From NCBI GenBank assembly GCA_051453625.1, contig JBOZIK010000001.1, positions 24,976,994-24,996,993 of the forward strand: a DNA stretch of 20,000 nucleotides. The letters run 5' to 3'. The notes under the pieces were generated by a model. It made no database searches. It was not told where the DNA came from and saw only the letters and a program-made list of their open reading frames with translations. Every line of letters begins with the position of its first letter. The first letter of the stretch is position 1. Both the position numbers and the translations under genes were made by a program. Below, piece after piece: positions 1 through 13,123 of the stretch. This DNA is from Welwitschia mirabilis (lineage: Eukaryota).

Positions 1-1259
1 AAGTAGTATCACAGGATGAAAAGCATATGAAGTTAAATTAAACTTTGAGATAATGAGATATTTATTAAGTGTGTCAAATTTTATTTGAGAAAGTTACTTA
101 CTTTTATGTGATGAGATAATGTAGTTGCACAAGAATTGATACTCTAAACAAAATATAATCAAGTTAATATAATAGATATAAACTTGATTTTGCAAGTCAA
201 TCTTAGCTACTTTTTCCTTAATGTATATCATTTGTATAATTAATTATCTTATCGTTTCGTTATAATAATGTAAATTATTCATTATGGCTATGAGATTAAT
301 GAGTTCCAAGTCATTTTTTATATAAAATATGTCATGCAAACTATAAAAGTTCCTATAGAAAGATTGATTTTTATTACCCAACTTTTTGTATTGAAAATCT
401 ACTAATTCATTCATAATATTGGTCAATTTGAGATTAATAGCTCTCTACAAATATTCTTTGTCTTAGTTCTAAACAGTCATGTGAATTCTCTTAAAGAAAT
501 CCTTGTTAAAACTATAAATATCCATACTTGACATAAAAATCCTCATGCTAATCCCCCCATAACTAAACATTCCAAATAATGACTCTGATGTTGCTCATAA
601 CTGTAATTATCAAACTTAGTGTGAATGAGTCAGATAGCATTTGAAAATTACCCTTTGAGTTTTTCATGATTAATAAAATTGGAAGAGGAGATGAAAAGTT
701 GTAAGTTATAGTCAATTTTCGGGAGGATCTTGCTCACATCCACAAACAAATAATGGGTCTATCCATCATACAAAACAATTGTCAACTAGAGAAGAGAAAG
801 AACTAATAAAGGACAAAATGATATAATTGATTTGATAAGGGATTTTTTAGTCATTCACAAATTCAAATAATCTATCTAAGTTAGAATGACATAACAAAGT
901 GTTAAAAAAGAATCATGATAGAAAGGTTTAGTTAATTTAAAAAGATTATTACTCATATCTACAAGTTGAATGATCTTTTCAATTTATAAGACATGATAAA
1001 TACCAATGGAAAATCCTAAAAATCCCATAAATAAAATGCCTACTCATGCGAAGAATAGAAAAAGAATAAAGTAATCTATTAATGTTTCTTATGTGAGCAT
1101 AGTAGATGTTTATACAAGAGGTTTAAATTTAATATTAGGTGATGAAATGAAACTTTGTTAATTTTAAGACTTGCTTCTAATTTGAGTAGTAATAACATCC
1201 TCTGTAAGGTTGAAACCATTATCTTCAAACATAGTAAAAAGTATAGTATCAGTATCATT

Positions 1260-1272
1260 TGGTATCTAAGTC
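1260..1272 (+). promoter_or_regulatory. Possible decayed tRNA-iMet PBS of an old LTR retroelement
   Basis: TGGTATCTAAGTC matches TGGTATCAGAGCC at 10 of 13 positions and lies two nt after ...GTATCA, an LTR-like end. No partner LTR or coding domain was found. Confidence 0.3.
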
Positions 1273-2630
1273 ATTAGCCAATTTTAGTTACCTTAGCTAT
1301 ACATCCCACTTAGGGGAAATTATGATGTGATGTTAATGATCTACTTATAACTTAGAATCAGTAAATTTTAAGTTTTCTTTATACTTACGCATCCTTATTA
1401 ATTTAACAACAAAATCTAAGTAGACCCTTCCATTGTGCCTCTGGGATTCATCCAATACACTCTTACTTATCAAGGCATATACAAGAATCTAGACCTCGGG
1501 ATGCCTAGGGTGTTTCTACTTAATAGAGGCATGAATCTCTATATGATCTAAGCTATATAGTTATGGTAGTTAAAAATACATAATAGGCTCAAAAGATAAC
1601 ATACATGACACAGATCGATGCCTATGTAAGGATTTCTATGCTTGTCACTAACTAAGATTTATTACTGATTAAAACATTAATTGTTTAAGAGTAAATGTGA
1701 TACCCTTTATTTCCTTATTCTAAATTAGCACTATATCCCTTCCCCCTCTTTTTCTATTTCTTCCTTTTTTAATATTATTACCTAATAGACATAGAAAAAC
1801 CTAGAATAAAATTTTATGTATTTATGTATTAGCATTTTTATATTCTAAGAAAAATAAATCATGTTAAGATTATATATTTACCTATAATTAATTTCTAGAT
1901 TATTTTGGTTTATAAACAATAGCGATATCATAAGTTTGTGCTATCCATTTATTCCTAGTTTTTCATCATATAAAAGATATCTTATAAATAGTTGAGGAAA
2001 TGTAAACTTGTTATAAACATATATAGATAAGTTTAATAATAATACCTAACTAATATAATAGGAGGTTGTAACTCTAATTAATGATATTCCAACTTGATAT
2101 CTGATCATTATCTAGATGTGATCTGGTTTTACTTTAAGTTCTAAATTATACAAATGTGGTTTAACTTAATTTTATAGGCTTTCAATTTAGTTTAATATAT
2201 ACCCCTAATATATGTGATAGGGAGTACATGATATGGATGCATGCTTACAAATGACCCCCCCTTCTTTGAAGCATCTTTGGATGATGTAACATGATACATC
2301 GATGCTAAGGACTTGAGATATTAAGTTGGACTAAGTTCATACATGGATAGGATAGGAGAGTAGTGATCAAATCCACTTCTATAATGCAATCCACCTTGGT
2401 GATGAAATTCAAGTGTGGGGATGAACATTATTAAAATATCTTGATTTAGTCGTGTTCAATAAATACACCATACAAATGCATGCATACAATTCTAACTAAT
2501 GTGGATATTTAATAGATTATTTATCTATTTATAATAATTTTAATCATCAATAGGTTTATTTTATAAAAACAACCATAAAAGAAAACAAGAATATAAGAAC
2601 ATCTTAATATTCAAGATTATAATAATGAAA

Positions 2631-2694
2631 ATCTAGATAAAGGAAATATTGTTTTTCTTTTCTATCTAGATAAAGGAAATATCATTTTCTTTTT
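2631..2694. repeat. Two-copy 33-bp tandem duplication
   Basis: ATCTAGATAAAGGAAATAT is identical at 2631-2649 and 2664-2682, each followed by a similar T/C-rich tail. Confidence 0.8.
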
Positions 2695-5044
2695 TATTTG
2701 AATAATAATAAAAATATTTAAACTATATCAAATCACATCTTAATAATGTATGTAAAGAAACTAAAACATACCTAGAGATATGCCAATCCTAGAAACATTC
2801 TTCCATGATCATATGACAATCTCATGAATTGGTGAAAAGAATGTTAACAAAAGATTATAGCTCAATAATAATGGTTAAGATATAAATATTTATCCAAAAT
2901 TCACATGGATATATTATAAGTCAATAAAAAAAGTGATAATCCAAATACTATTTATATTACTTAAAATACAAAGGTAAAAACTCTTACAAGCATATACATT
3001 CAAAGTAAGATAAAGGAAAAAGGTAAAAGAGGTATTTAATAATTAATTAATTATGAAGCAAAAAATAAATTGTAGTAGTTTTTCAGAGAATAGACACATA
3101 ATAAGATTTTTCAAATCTAACTTAAACTATCTTGGAATTCTAACAATATTATTTATAAGGTTATCATTTAAGGTTAAAAACTATCAAATTTTCTAAAATT
3201 ATAGTCTTACTACACAATACTAAAATGATTAAAACATTTAAAATACTTTGAGTTTTTAAATGATTCAAGATGTTTTGAAAAGCTTATTTAATTTCTTACA
3301 ATTTAGTATGCTAAAGTTTATAGATATTGTAACCGTTAGTTATAAAAACATAAATTACTTGCTTAATATTTTTTGTATCTATTTTCTAACATATTTTAAT
3401 AAATAAATTTTTTTAAAAGTAATTTCCTATCATAAAAATTAATTATTTTTACATCATGTTCATAGAATTATCCTATACATTAAAAAAGAATTCAATAATT
3501 TATAGCTACTAATTATTAAGCTATGGTGTTTTTATCCTATGACTCTATTTTGGAAATTTAACTTTANNNNNNNNNNNNNNNNNNNNNNNNNNNNNNNNNN
3601 NNNNNNNNNNNNNNNNNNNNNNNNNNNNNNNNNNNNNNNNNNNNNNNNNNNNNNNNNNNNNNNNNNNNNNNNNNNNNNNNNNNNNNNNNNNNNNNNNNNN
3701 NNNNNNNNNNNNNNNNNNNNNNNNNNNNNNNNNNNNNNNNNNNNNNNNNNNNNNNNNNNNNNNNNNNNNNNNNNNNNNNNNNNNNNNNNNNNNNNTCCTA
3801 ATAAGATTTAGCTAATGTATAATAGATAAGAATATAATATTAAAATAAACACGTTTATCTAAAGTTCTTTTTTTTAGTAGTAAAACCCCTAGTCACATGG
3901 CCATAATCATCTATGAGTAACCTTCATTAACAACCACAAGAGATCCCTTATATCTCCCTGATATCTTGGTAAGTACTAATGGGAGGAAATAATGTTTTAT
4001 GACATCTTTATATACAAACTATAAATGATTTCCTAATGCAATATCACATCATTCCACTAGAATCTTATTTAGAGATCATAGAAATAATAAGGTAAATCTC
4101 TTACTTGGGAAGATTAGTAAGTCTTTGATAGTTAAATATTGATGAAGATCTAAGATCAAGAGTTTCTTAGATCCAAGCTTTTAAGATTCAAGCACAAGAA
4201 GTAGTAGAATTAAAGAAAGAGAGAGGCAAAAAGGAATGCACTTATATCAAAGAAATGAAAAATGGAAAGTATCTTCTTTTACAAGAGATGAAAGGATCTC
4301 AATATGTTAATAAATGAAGGCACATAGCTCAAGATCACAAGATCACATGATTTAACATTGGTAACTGGGGTGAGTAATAAATAACATTGGAGTACAAAAA
4401 GAGATTATATATATGACTCATGCACCTAAATAGGATGAGTAATATTCTTGCTTTAATTAGCAATATTAATTACATGCATCATTTCTTCATGCTAGTTGCT
4501 TTTTAATCCTNNNNNNNNNNNNNNNNNNNNNNNNNNNNNNNNNNNNNNNNNNNNNNNNNNNNNNNNNNNNNNNNNNNNNNNNNNNNNNTGGCATAATGAG
4601 ACAAACTCTTCAAGTCCAATAAATAAAACAATGAGTGTATTATGAAACAAATTCCCTTACACATCTCAAGAACATAAAAGTTATGATAGAGTAAATCTAC
4701 TCATTTATCATTTTTGGTGCTAGGTAAGAGTGCATGTACTTGTTCAAATGCTTATTAATTTCAAAATGCATAAAATCTATTAATCACATAACACAAGGGT
4801 AAAAATGTTTATTCATAATATAGTATACCTATCACATTTACTAAGAATTTAAATGAGTAAATAAGATGAAAAATATTATTATGTCCTCTTGAAATTTCAA
4901 CTTTATTAGTTTTATTATGTGATTTTAATTTCTCACATAATGGAATTATCTAATTTAAATGTTTGGATAGCTTTTCTTATAAAAACCTTTTAATATAGCT
5001 TTTATCATTTTCATGGTAAATTATGAAAATTACAAACTAAGGTT

Positions 5045-5360
5045 CACTACAAGAAATATGGGATTTTAAGGTGTTTCTAAAAGCTCTTAAAAAATGTCTT
5101 AAAAGCTTTTAAGGTGTTTCTTCATAAAATGCCTTAAAAAAATTTGCCTTAAAAGCCTGCATGCTTTTAAGATGTTTCTAAGGCATTTTTTTAAAAAAAC
5201 GCCTCAAAACATTTTGAGGATTTTTTTTTTTTGAAAGAAATACCTCAAAAGCCTTTTGAGGTATTTTTTTGAAGAAACATCTCAAAAGACATTTGANNNN
5301 NNNNNNNNNNNNNNNNNNNNNNNNNNNNNNNNNNNNNNTTTACAAAATAAACACCTCAAC
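5045..5360. repeat. Left CACTA TIR plus subterminal repeat array (consensus approx. AAAYRCCTYAAAA, both orientations)
   Basis: About a dozen copies in alternating orientation, e.g. ttttaaggtgttt, aaatgtcttaaaa, aaatgccttaaaa, aaacgcctcaaaa, ttttgaggtattt, aaacatctcaaaa. They follow directly on CACTACAAGAAA. This is the usual layout of TnpA-binding subterminal repeats. Confidence 0.88.
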
Positions 5361-8300
5361 GGTATAACCTAGGGGAAAAAATTACCACATAGAATCACTT
5401 TTTCTAGTTAGTTTAAAAGCCAATTGATAGTGTTATATTTTAGCAGTTGTTTATTGCTTAGACACAAAGAAAAAAGAGAATCATAGAATGGTCTTTGTAA
5501 TGCAAACAGGTTTTTAATGCAATCAAAAACCTTGTTTCTCTCACTACTTATAATGGAATTATGTATAGAGAACCATTATAGATGAAAGCTTCAGGATTAA
5601 ATTTCTCTCTGATTATCTCCTTCATTACATTTGTGCCAAACATGATAGAACTAGTTTTAAGAAGGTATTTTCTAGAAACACAGAGGCCCTAGAATCTGGG
5701 TGTAGATATTAAATCTTTTAATAACTTAAAACATATCAACTAATCAAAAAAAAAACTACAACTTGCAAAATTTAAGAACAATTAATAAGTTACTATATTT
5801 GTTACTAAATAGATTATTAAAGTAATGATTGAGAGAAACCAAATATCAAATTAAATTANNNNNNNNNNNNNNNNNNNNNNNNNNNNNNNNNNNNNNNNNN
5901 NNNNNNNNNNNNNNNNNNNNNNNNNNNNNNNNNNNNNNNNNNNNNNNNNNNNNNNNNNNNNNNNNNNNNNNNNNNNNNNNNNNNNNNNNNNNNNNNNNNN
6001 NNNNNNNNNNNNNNNNNNNNNNNNNNNNNNNNNNNNNNNNNNNNNNNNNNNNNNNNNNNNNNNNNNNNNNNNNNNNNNNNNNNNNNNNNNNNNNNNNNNN
6101 NNNNNNNNNNNNNNNNNNNNNNNNNNNNNNNNNNNNNNNNNNNNNNNNNNNNNNNNNNNNNNNNNNNNNNNNNNNNNNNNNNNNNNNNNNNNNNNNNNNN
6201 NNNNNNNNNNNNNNNNNNNNNNNNNNNNNTGATTTTACATAATAAATATAAGGTTTAGTAATAATCATCAAATAAAACATATCAAATTTCTGCTACAATT
6301 ATTCTAAGAGGCAAATAAAAAATTTAGAAAGAAACATACTTAAAACTTTCTAAAAAGACTTTAACTACAACTGCTTCCCATTTGAATGACACCCATGATA
6401 ACCTCATTCAAATTCACCTCTCCCCACTTCATTTAAAAAATTTATTTATTTCTTCTTTCATTATCCTCTTCTTCCCATCATTTACCTATTAAAATATAGT
6501 AAATCTAATGCCTCAGCTTCCCACTAGTTAGGCACCTATTAAGACACATCACAGTATTTCTATAAATAAAGCCTCTTAATACCCATAGTTCTCTATAATC
6601 CATTAAGCTCTTTTAAATGTAAAAAGCTAAGTTTCTTTATTTAACAGATTATGAAACATTGTATTATAAAATTCTTAAAGGTATTTAGATTAGAAGTATT
6701 ATTATTATTATAAAGAGCCATGGAATACTGCGTGTTTAAGAAGTTAATGAAGGTAAACCTCCAACAGTTTAAATAATAGTTATTAAACCAGATGATTCCA
6801 CTAAATTATCATTACTTCAAATGCAAATTAAAGTCATGTTGGAGTTTATAAGTGTAATGCATCATCACATTGATAAAATAGTAAAGGAGAGATCAGGCTA
6901 GAATGGAAACCTCAGATGTGTAATAAAAGATCATACTATGGTTTTTGCAGCTTAGAAATTATAGGTCCACCATGAAAACAAGGCCTTTAAAGTCTTTCTA
7001 GCCACCTGCATGCATTATGAATATTCCTTGCTAGTTTTAGTTTCCTTGTATTTTCACAAGCCATCCATAACTTATATTACTTCTAAACTTTTCAAATGAA
7101 AAGAGCTCAAATGCTTAATAAAGCAAAATAAAATGATAGGGCTTTAGTGGAGGTGGACCACTAATTTCTTCTAATTTTGAATAGCATTTCTATTAATGTC
7201 TTCTTTGCCAAAACTCTAAGGCATTACTTTTAGTGGTTCTTTAAAGCTTAATTTGTCTTATCTATTTTTTAAAATGAAAAATTAGAAATGAAGGCTTTTA
7301 GAGCTTAGCTTTCATTTTCCTTAGCTTAGCTTAGATTTCATTTCTCTCTTATTATGTTTTTTATTTCAATTTGCTTGTCTTATCAGAAATATCCTTAATA
7401 ACATAATCAAAAACTAGCAAAAACGATTCTTAAAAAAGATATTAGGGAAAACATTTCTAAAATAAAATTATAAATAAGTGTAAAAGAAGAGATGATGGTA
7501 AAAAATATCAGCTAGAAAGACTTTCAAACTGAATTTTTGTGATACAAAAATAGCTATTCAATAAGCAAGACATTGTTCTAGTTTGTGTTTTCCCACAAGG
7601 TAGAAGGAAAAATGAAGGATGTTCAAAGATAAGCAGCTTACTCTATGACTGTCTATTCCAAACTAAAACANNNNNNNNNNNNNNNNNNNNNNNNNNNNNN
7701 NNNNNNNNNNNNNNNNNNNNNNNNNNNNNNNNNNNNNNNNNNNNNNNNNNNNNNNNNNNNNNNNNNNNNNTTAATATTATTTTTGTGTAAAAAATCTTTT
7801 TTGGCTTCTGGATAAGTCTTTGAACAAAGTTATTTGTAAATTATTACCAAAACATGCATAGGTTAAGTCTTGTGCTTTTTGGCCAAGAATTCTTTAAACT
7901 GTTTTAACCAACTACATAAATTCAGAGTATTTGAGAATTGAAAATAATTCACATATTTTCATTAACTTGGGAAAATGATTCTTTTACCTTAATCAAAGTT
8001 ATATAACAAATGTAGGATTATATTAATAACTGCAACTCTTTAATAAAAGAAAAACATGGGAAAGAAAAAACTTGTGGAACCCTAGAAACAATTGTGATAA
8101 TGGCTGTAATAGTTGAATCAATTAAACAAAGTTGCTCAATGGGTTCTGGAGCATTAGAGAATGTAAGAGTTGTGTTCAGGCTTATTCTATTTCCCTCTAG
8201 GATTTCTCGTGTGTTACTTTTTGTTATAAAATACTCATAATTATTTTTTAACATTAAATAAATATAACACTAATTGTTGAAATTGAATAAAACTTGCCTC

Positions 8301-10797
8301 AACTCCAAAGACACGTACTAGGAGGCCAGGGATAAAGAAGCTGAGGAATACTTCAATGGAGGCTTTATTTCTTCCTAAGAAAGCCCTTGCCATGTGGTAG
8401 CATTTTAGATAGCTATCTCTTTTGATTACTCTTACTAAAGTATCTATAGCCCAAAGCCATTCCCCCATCCACCACCTAAGCCATTGGTGTTCAAGTCTTT
8501 TAGTTCCTACAAATCCAAACTAAATTAATAAAACATTAACCTATATTTAGAGAATTTAATGAGAGAAGGATGTGGTATAGAAATAAAATTACTTATAAAA
8601 AGATAGGAGGAGACCTTATATTGATTGAAACCAGTGCCTTGATTCTTGGATTACTAAGTACATGGGTGTGCATCTTGCTCTTCTGGTTGACATCTTCTAC
8701 TTCACCTAGAAAATAAAACAAGAAAATTCTTTCAAAATTTACCCACTAAAACCAAAATTTCTTTAAATCGGTTATAACAAGTTAGGGTTTTGGCTTTTAT
8801 AGCCCCACCTTTACATTAGTAGGTGGTCATAGTTTTTTTTATTGCTATCGAATACCTTGAATTTGATGTCCATGTAATTTTTACTTAAGAAACCTAAATA
8901 TAAACCTTAGATTCTAAACCATATCTATTGATGATCAAGAAAGTATGAAAATTTATGAAGTATTAGTCAAAGAAGCCAGATAAAAGGCACTACTTGAAGC
9001 TAAGCAAAAGGTAATTATGAAGCCAATAATTAAACATGGCCTACTTTGAAGATTGATGGTTCAAAGATGGATGGTTGGAAGTCACATTTTAGTAAATGAT
9101 GTAAGATAAAACCAAGGATAGCTTGACAACCTAATGAGCTTGCCAACACCTTATTAAGAAATGATGTGGTATATCTTGAAAAAATTAAACTAATTACTAG
9201 ATATAATAATTTTTTACATTATAAAATCCTATAAAATTAAAAGTGTTAACATGATAGATAATACTGCATTAATGTACTAAAACATATACTCCACTATTAG
9301 TAGTTGTTGTCTGTATTAAAGAATAATATGCCCATGAATATGAGACAAGTTAGTAACCATTCGGATATTAAAAAAAATAAGTTGCAGTGTTTAATTGAAA
9401 TGAAAATTTTGTTTTCTCAAAGATCCTGGTTCTCACTTAAAAAGGGCAATCAAAATGCTATGCGACATAATAAACTTGGAATGGAAAGATATGTTGCTAC
9501 AGCATACATAGAATACTTACGATGGAAATCTTGATTCTAAGACAAAGAAAAAAAATTTAGTTAAGAAATTTATAGCACTCTTTCTACTAGGAATAATGGA
9601 AATTTATTCTATATCCTAATCCCCTCTGAAACTAAAGATAGAATGATGTCCTAGCATATGCATCATGTAACTTACTAAGAATACAGATAGGTGAAAGTAA
9701 TCACTTGATATGTAATCTCAAATGTGAAATTCTAACCCTCAATCTCCATCTCCATCTCCACTAGAAACACCTTTCTTTCTTGGACTTTACTATTGCTCTT
9801 TAGGACTGCACTTGCTTATCTTTAAAGATAGTGTCTAGGATTATTCTAGATGTGTAGAAGTTATTTAATATCCTCATATAGAGTTTTATTCCCATCCTAT
9901 ATGTTTAGCCTTAATAAATGAACAAGTTGTAATTTCCTATTTCTCACAATGTCATATCAGCTACTTTACTAATTTTTACAATCCAGCAACTAGTATGGTA
10001 GTAGTATCATTACAAATAAAATAGAGGGAAAAAATTGAGTTATAGAGTATTTGATAATTGATACTGACTTATGAGTTAGTAAAGTAGACTCACATGAAAG
10101 TCATACTCCATGTATATCTTTTGTCTTGTAAAGAGGCAAAGAGGGATAGAAACACATCTTAAAAGCTTCTCCTCTTCTAGAAGTCTTCCTTCACATTCAT
10201 AGGACTTTGATAAGTCCTATTCTTATTATGTATTTAAAAAGGAAAACAGATTAGGGAAAAATAAATAGTGCCATCCTAGTAAACCCTTAAAAATGCAAAG
10301 ACAGGAAAAGGACTATTTGGAAGTAATAAAAGTTAAAAATTTTACATTCCATCCAAACAGGGATGTAGGATGGAGAGGAAGCAAAGACTAAGAACTAGAG
10401 GGGAAGGAAACTATGAAGAGTTAACTTATTTCATTACCTATCTAGAAAAGTATTTAAATTTAAAAGAGAATTTTAAGAATAAAAACACAAAATTTAAATA
10501 CTAGATGAAGATAAATTAGATTATTTTGTGGAGATCACAAAAGGTATCACAAAGAAGTAATTAAAATGGTTGATGTGCTATAAAGGCTATTTTATATATT
10601 TGTTTTCTTGATAGAGCTTTATCCAAGTAACAACTTCATATTAGTAGGAAATTGCTTCTTGAATATAGACACACTATAGCCTTTGACCCTTTTCTCATGT
10701 TGCATATAAGTACACCTATTATTGGAATTAAAATGGAGTGAAAGGAAAACCAAGGATAGAATTATCAAAATGCACTACAAGATGTCTAAGGATATAT

Positions 10798-10998
10798 TTT
10801 GGTAACTTCAAATTGATCATAAAGTATTATAAAATTCCCTTTTAAGATAATAAGCTCCTCCATCATTGTTATTTTTTTCTATAACAAAGTAATGGTCTTT
10901 GCATTAATAGTTGCATTTATCTAAAGTTTGTTGTTATATTATTATAAGTTAGTATTATATTCTTGTAATCTTCTATTGATATCTTGTAATGAATCCAC
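10798..10998 (-). pseudogene. Kinesin-14 fragment exon 5 (last recognisable exon)
   Basis: CTTAG| acceptor. 201 bp encoding VDSLQDINRRLQEYNTNL**YNNKL*INATINAKTITLL*KKITMMEELIILKGNFIILYDQFEVTK, with four stops. The donor appears decayed (AAA|ATATAT, probably from AAG|GTATAT). Confidence 0.9.
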
Positions 10999-11089
10999 CT
11001 AAGCACATACTAAGTAACACATTGTAATAAACAAAAGCAGCAAATAAATGAACCAGAAACAATTTTGAGCAAAGTCATCTCTAGCATAC

Positions 11090-11209
11090 CTGTTCATTAG
11101 CATTGGAGGCCTCTTGTTGAGTTTTGTTGGATTCTTCAGTCAACTAAGCTTCTACTCTCTCTATAGATTATTGTGCATTTCTTTCTTTCTATAATTCTTG
11201 ACTACATTC
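11090..11209 (-). pseudogene. Kinesin-14 fragment exon 4
   Basis: TTTTAG| acceptor and CAG|GTATGC donor. 120 bp encoding ECSQEL*KERNAQ*SIERVEA*LTEESNKTQQEASNANEQ, with three stops. Confidence 0.85.
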
Positions 11210-12738
11210 CTAAAATAACATTAAAAAAACCATGTTAGATGTAGGTGAAAAGTCACATGTACCACTGGCTATAATTAAGAATTAAAAACCAACTTGATGG
11301 AAGTTATACATATTAACAACCAAATTAGATATCAAAAAATATGCTAGGGAACTTTTTGTGAAGATATAAGCAAACTTTATTTATGCCATGGACACCATAA
11401 ATCAATCATGACATGACTTCTTTAAGTAAGCCACTAGCTAAACTATGACAATCAACATTGAAAAAATCATTCAGATTCCTAAGGAAAATAATCTCAAATA
11501 TTTGTATTATAATGAAAATATGTATCATTCAAGTTGTTTGTTTATAAATAAATATATGTTGTAACATGTCAAGCTTGAATAGAATGGTTATTTGTAAAAA
11601 TCTTAAAACAATTATATTATTCAGCTTTACATAAATACTCTGTGGCATCTAAAAAGACATTGAATGGTTCATAGGTGTTTGCTGATGTGTTTGTTTATAA
11701 TGATAATTATATTTCATGCATATCAATGTTCATTTGTATTATTGAATTAATTATGCCATTATCCAAATAACTTCCTTTCTTTTATGACATTTTCTAACTA
11801 GACTAAATGCAACATGTTTTAGAATTTTGCCTTGGATGGTAATAACTATATTACTTAACAAATATTAATATCAATGTAATGCTAATGACAATTTTAATTA
11901 TGAGGATAAATACATGACATAATGGTTTTATACTCTTTTAAATTAATGAACTAATTCTGGGCTTGTCCATTGCTAAGTGTTATGTACCATTTCCCTATTA
12001 TGTCTTTGTAATGTTACTTTCATAGTATGACCTCTCTTTCTCTCTTATTACCCATATCTGTGTGATAAACTACATAATAGTTTATTTTCACTATAAAAAT
12101 CCAAGAGAAGGTGGGGCATTTGATTTGGGCACTTACATACTAGTAAGCATGCATAAAGAATATTATAAAATAAAAATGTTCTATGTTGATTATTGCTTAA
12201 TAAATAATCACAAGAACCTTGAGTTCTTGCAATTGCCAAGTCATTCAGTCACTAGAATAATTGGCTTAGTAAGAAGAAGGTGGGAATGCCTAATAAGTGT
12301 GAACCAATACAAGCATGCAAGGGATACATTTAGGACTAGTCTATGAATTCTATTGATAGATATCCATTAGAGTCTTTGTAATGATAATTGTTTGCACCAC
12401 ATTGCACAATCATACATCCATATTACATTGTACTACAAGATGCATTTTTCAATTTCATAGACATCACATATTGCTTCTTTCCTTTGCATAGAAAAAGATA
12501 ATTTACTAGGAAAGAATTCAATATAAGTGTTACTTAGATATGTAAATTTCAGGCATTAGTTTTGAGATTATTTTATTATGGAATTCGTAGCTTTGCCTTT
12601 TTCAAGTAATTTATATCCACTTTTTACCAATGCACTTGTGATTCCAATGCTAGTTTTAGTCTCCTTTTTCATGTGTTTAAGTTAAAAATAGGCTTTTTAT
12701 AAAACATGAAAAGCAAATAAAATATCTCAAAATCTAAC

Positions 12739-12848
12739 CTGCATATCTTCAACTACATTTGATAGCCTTTCTTGTAATGTTGAGTAATTATTTTTTAGCT
12801 CTAAGACTTCAGCATTAAACTTTTCTTTCTTTTGTTTCATGGTATCCT
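12739..12848 (-). pseudogene. Kinesin-14 fragment exon 3
   Basis: TTTAG| acceptor and CAG|GTTAGA donor. 110 bp, phase-compatible with exons 2 and 4. It encodes EDTMKQKKEKFNAEVLELKNNYSTLQERLSNVVEDMQ (coiled coil). Confidence 0.85.
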
Positions 12849-12936
12849 CTAAATTAAAAATAAAACCAGTCATTTAAAAGCCAAACAAGCCCCTCACAAA
12901 AAAAAAAAAAAACCAGAAAAAAAAAAAACTGAGGAC

Positions 12937-13123
12937 CTGCTTTAGTTTTTAATTTCTTTTCACTAGACAACTCTTTCTCTAAGAGCTTTTTAGCAGTAAC
13001 ATGACTTTTTGTCTATTTTTGAAAATACCATATACAAAGTTATAGCTTTTTGATATACTCTATCATTTTTTTCATAGTTTCTGTACTTAAAAAACCCACA
13101 TTTGTCTTGCAATGGTAGATTGT
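12937..13123 (-). pseudogene. Kinesin-14 fragment exon 2
   Basis: Acceptor TTCTAG| (the original acceptor may lie ~35-45 nt further in) and donor CAG|GTCCTC. It encodes MIEYIKKL*LCIWYFQK*TKSHVTAKKLLEKELSSEKK, with two stops. Confidence 0.85.

Noticed and set aside
244-535. Minus-strand frame with RAINLKLTNIMNELVDFQ, faintly like LINE reverse transcriptase
   Set aside because: No neighbouring RT motifs were found, and the resemblance is too weak without a profile search.
3075-3566. Weak inverted similarity between ~3080 (ttttcagagaatagacacata) and ~3540 (tatgactctattttggaaa), suggesting a MITE/MULE
   Set aside because: The match is short, imperfect and AT-rich, the right side is cut by a gap, and there is no TSD.
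3796-4510. LTR-like base composition between two gaps
   Set aside because: No termini, PBS, PPT or second copy could be shown; it is an impression only.
5064-5360. Repeat array superficially like a CRISPR array or satellite
   Set aside because: The repeats are short, degenerate and in alternating orientation, adjoin a CACTA terminus and recur at the other end. The context is eukaryotic and there are no unique regular spacers.
10105-10217. Minus-strand YECEGRLLEEEKLLR as a possible kinesin neck remnant, overlapping a 9-bp hairpin ATAGGACTT-TGAT-AAGTCCTAT
   Set aside because: It is not followed by [22 protein letters not shown]. Both the similarity and the hairpin are compatible with chance.
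12048-12700. Short ORFs 12048..12239 and 12062..12346 and a possible alternative exon 4 inside kinesin intron 3
   Set aside because: No recognisable homology. A much better exon 4 with clean splice sites exists at 11209-11090.
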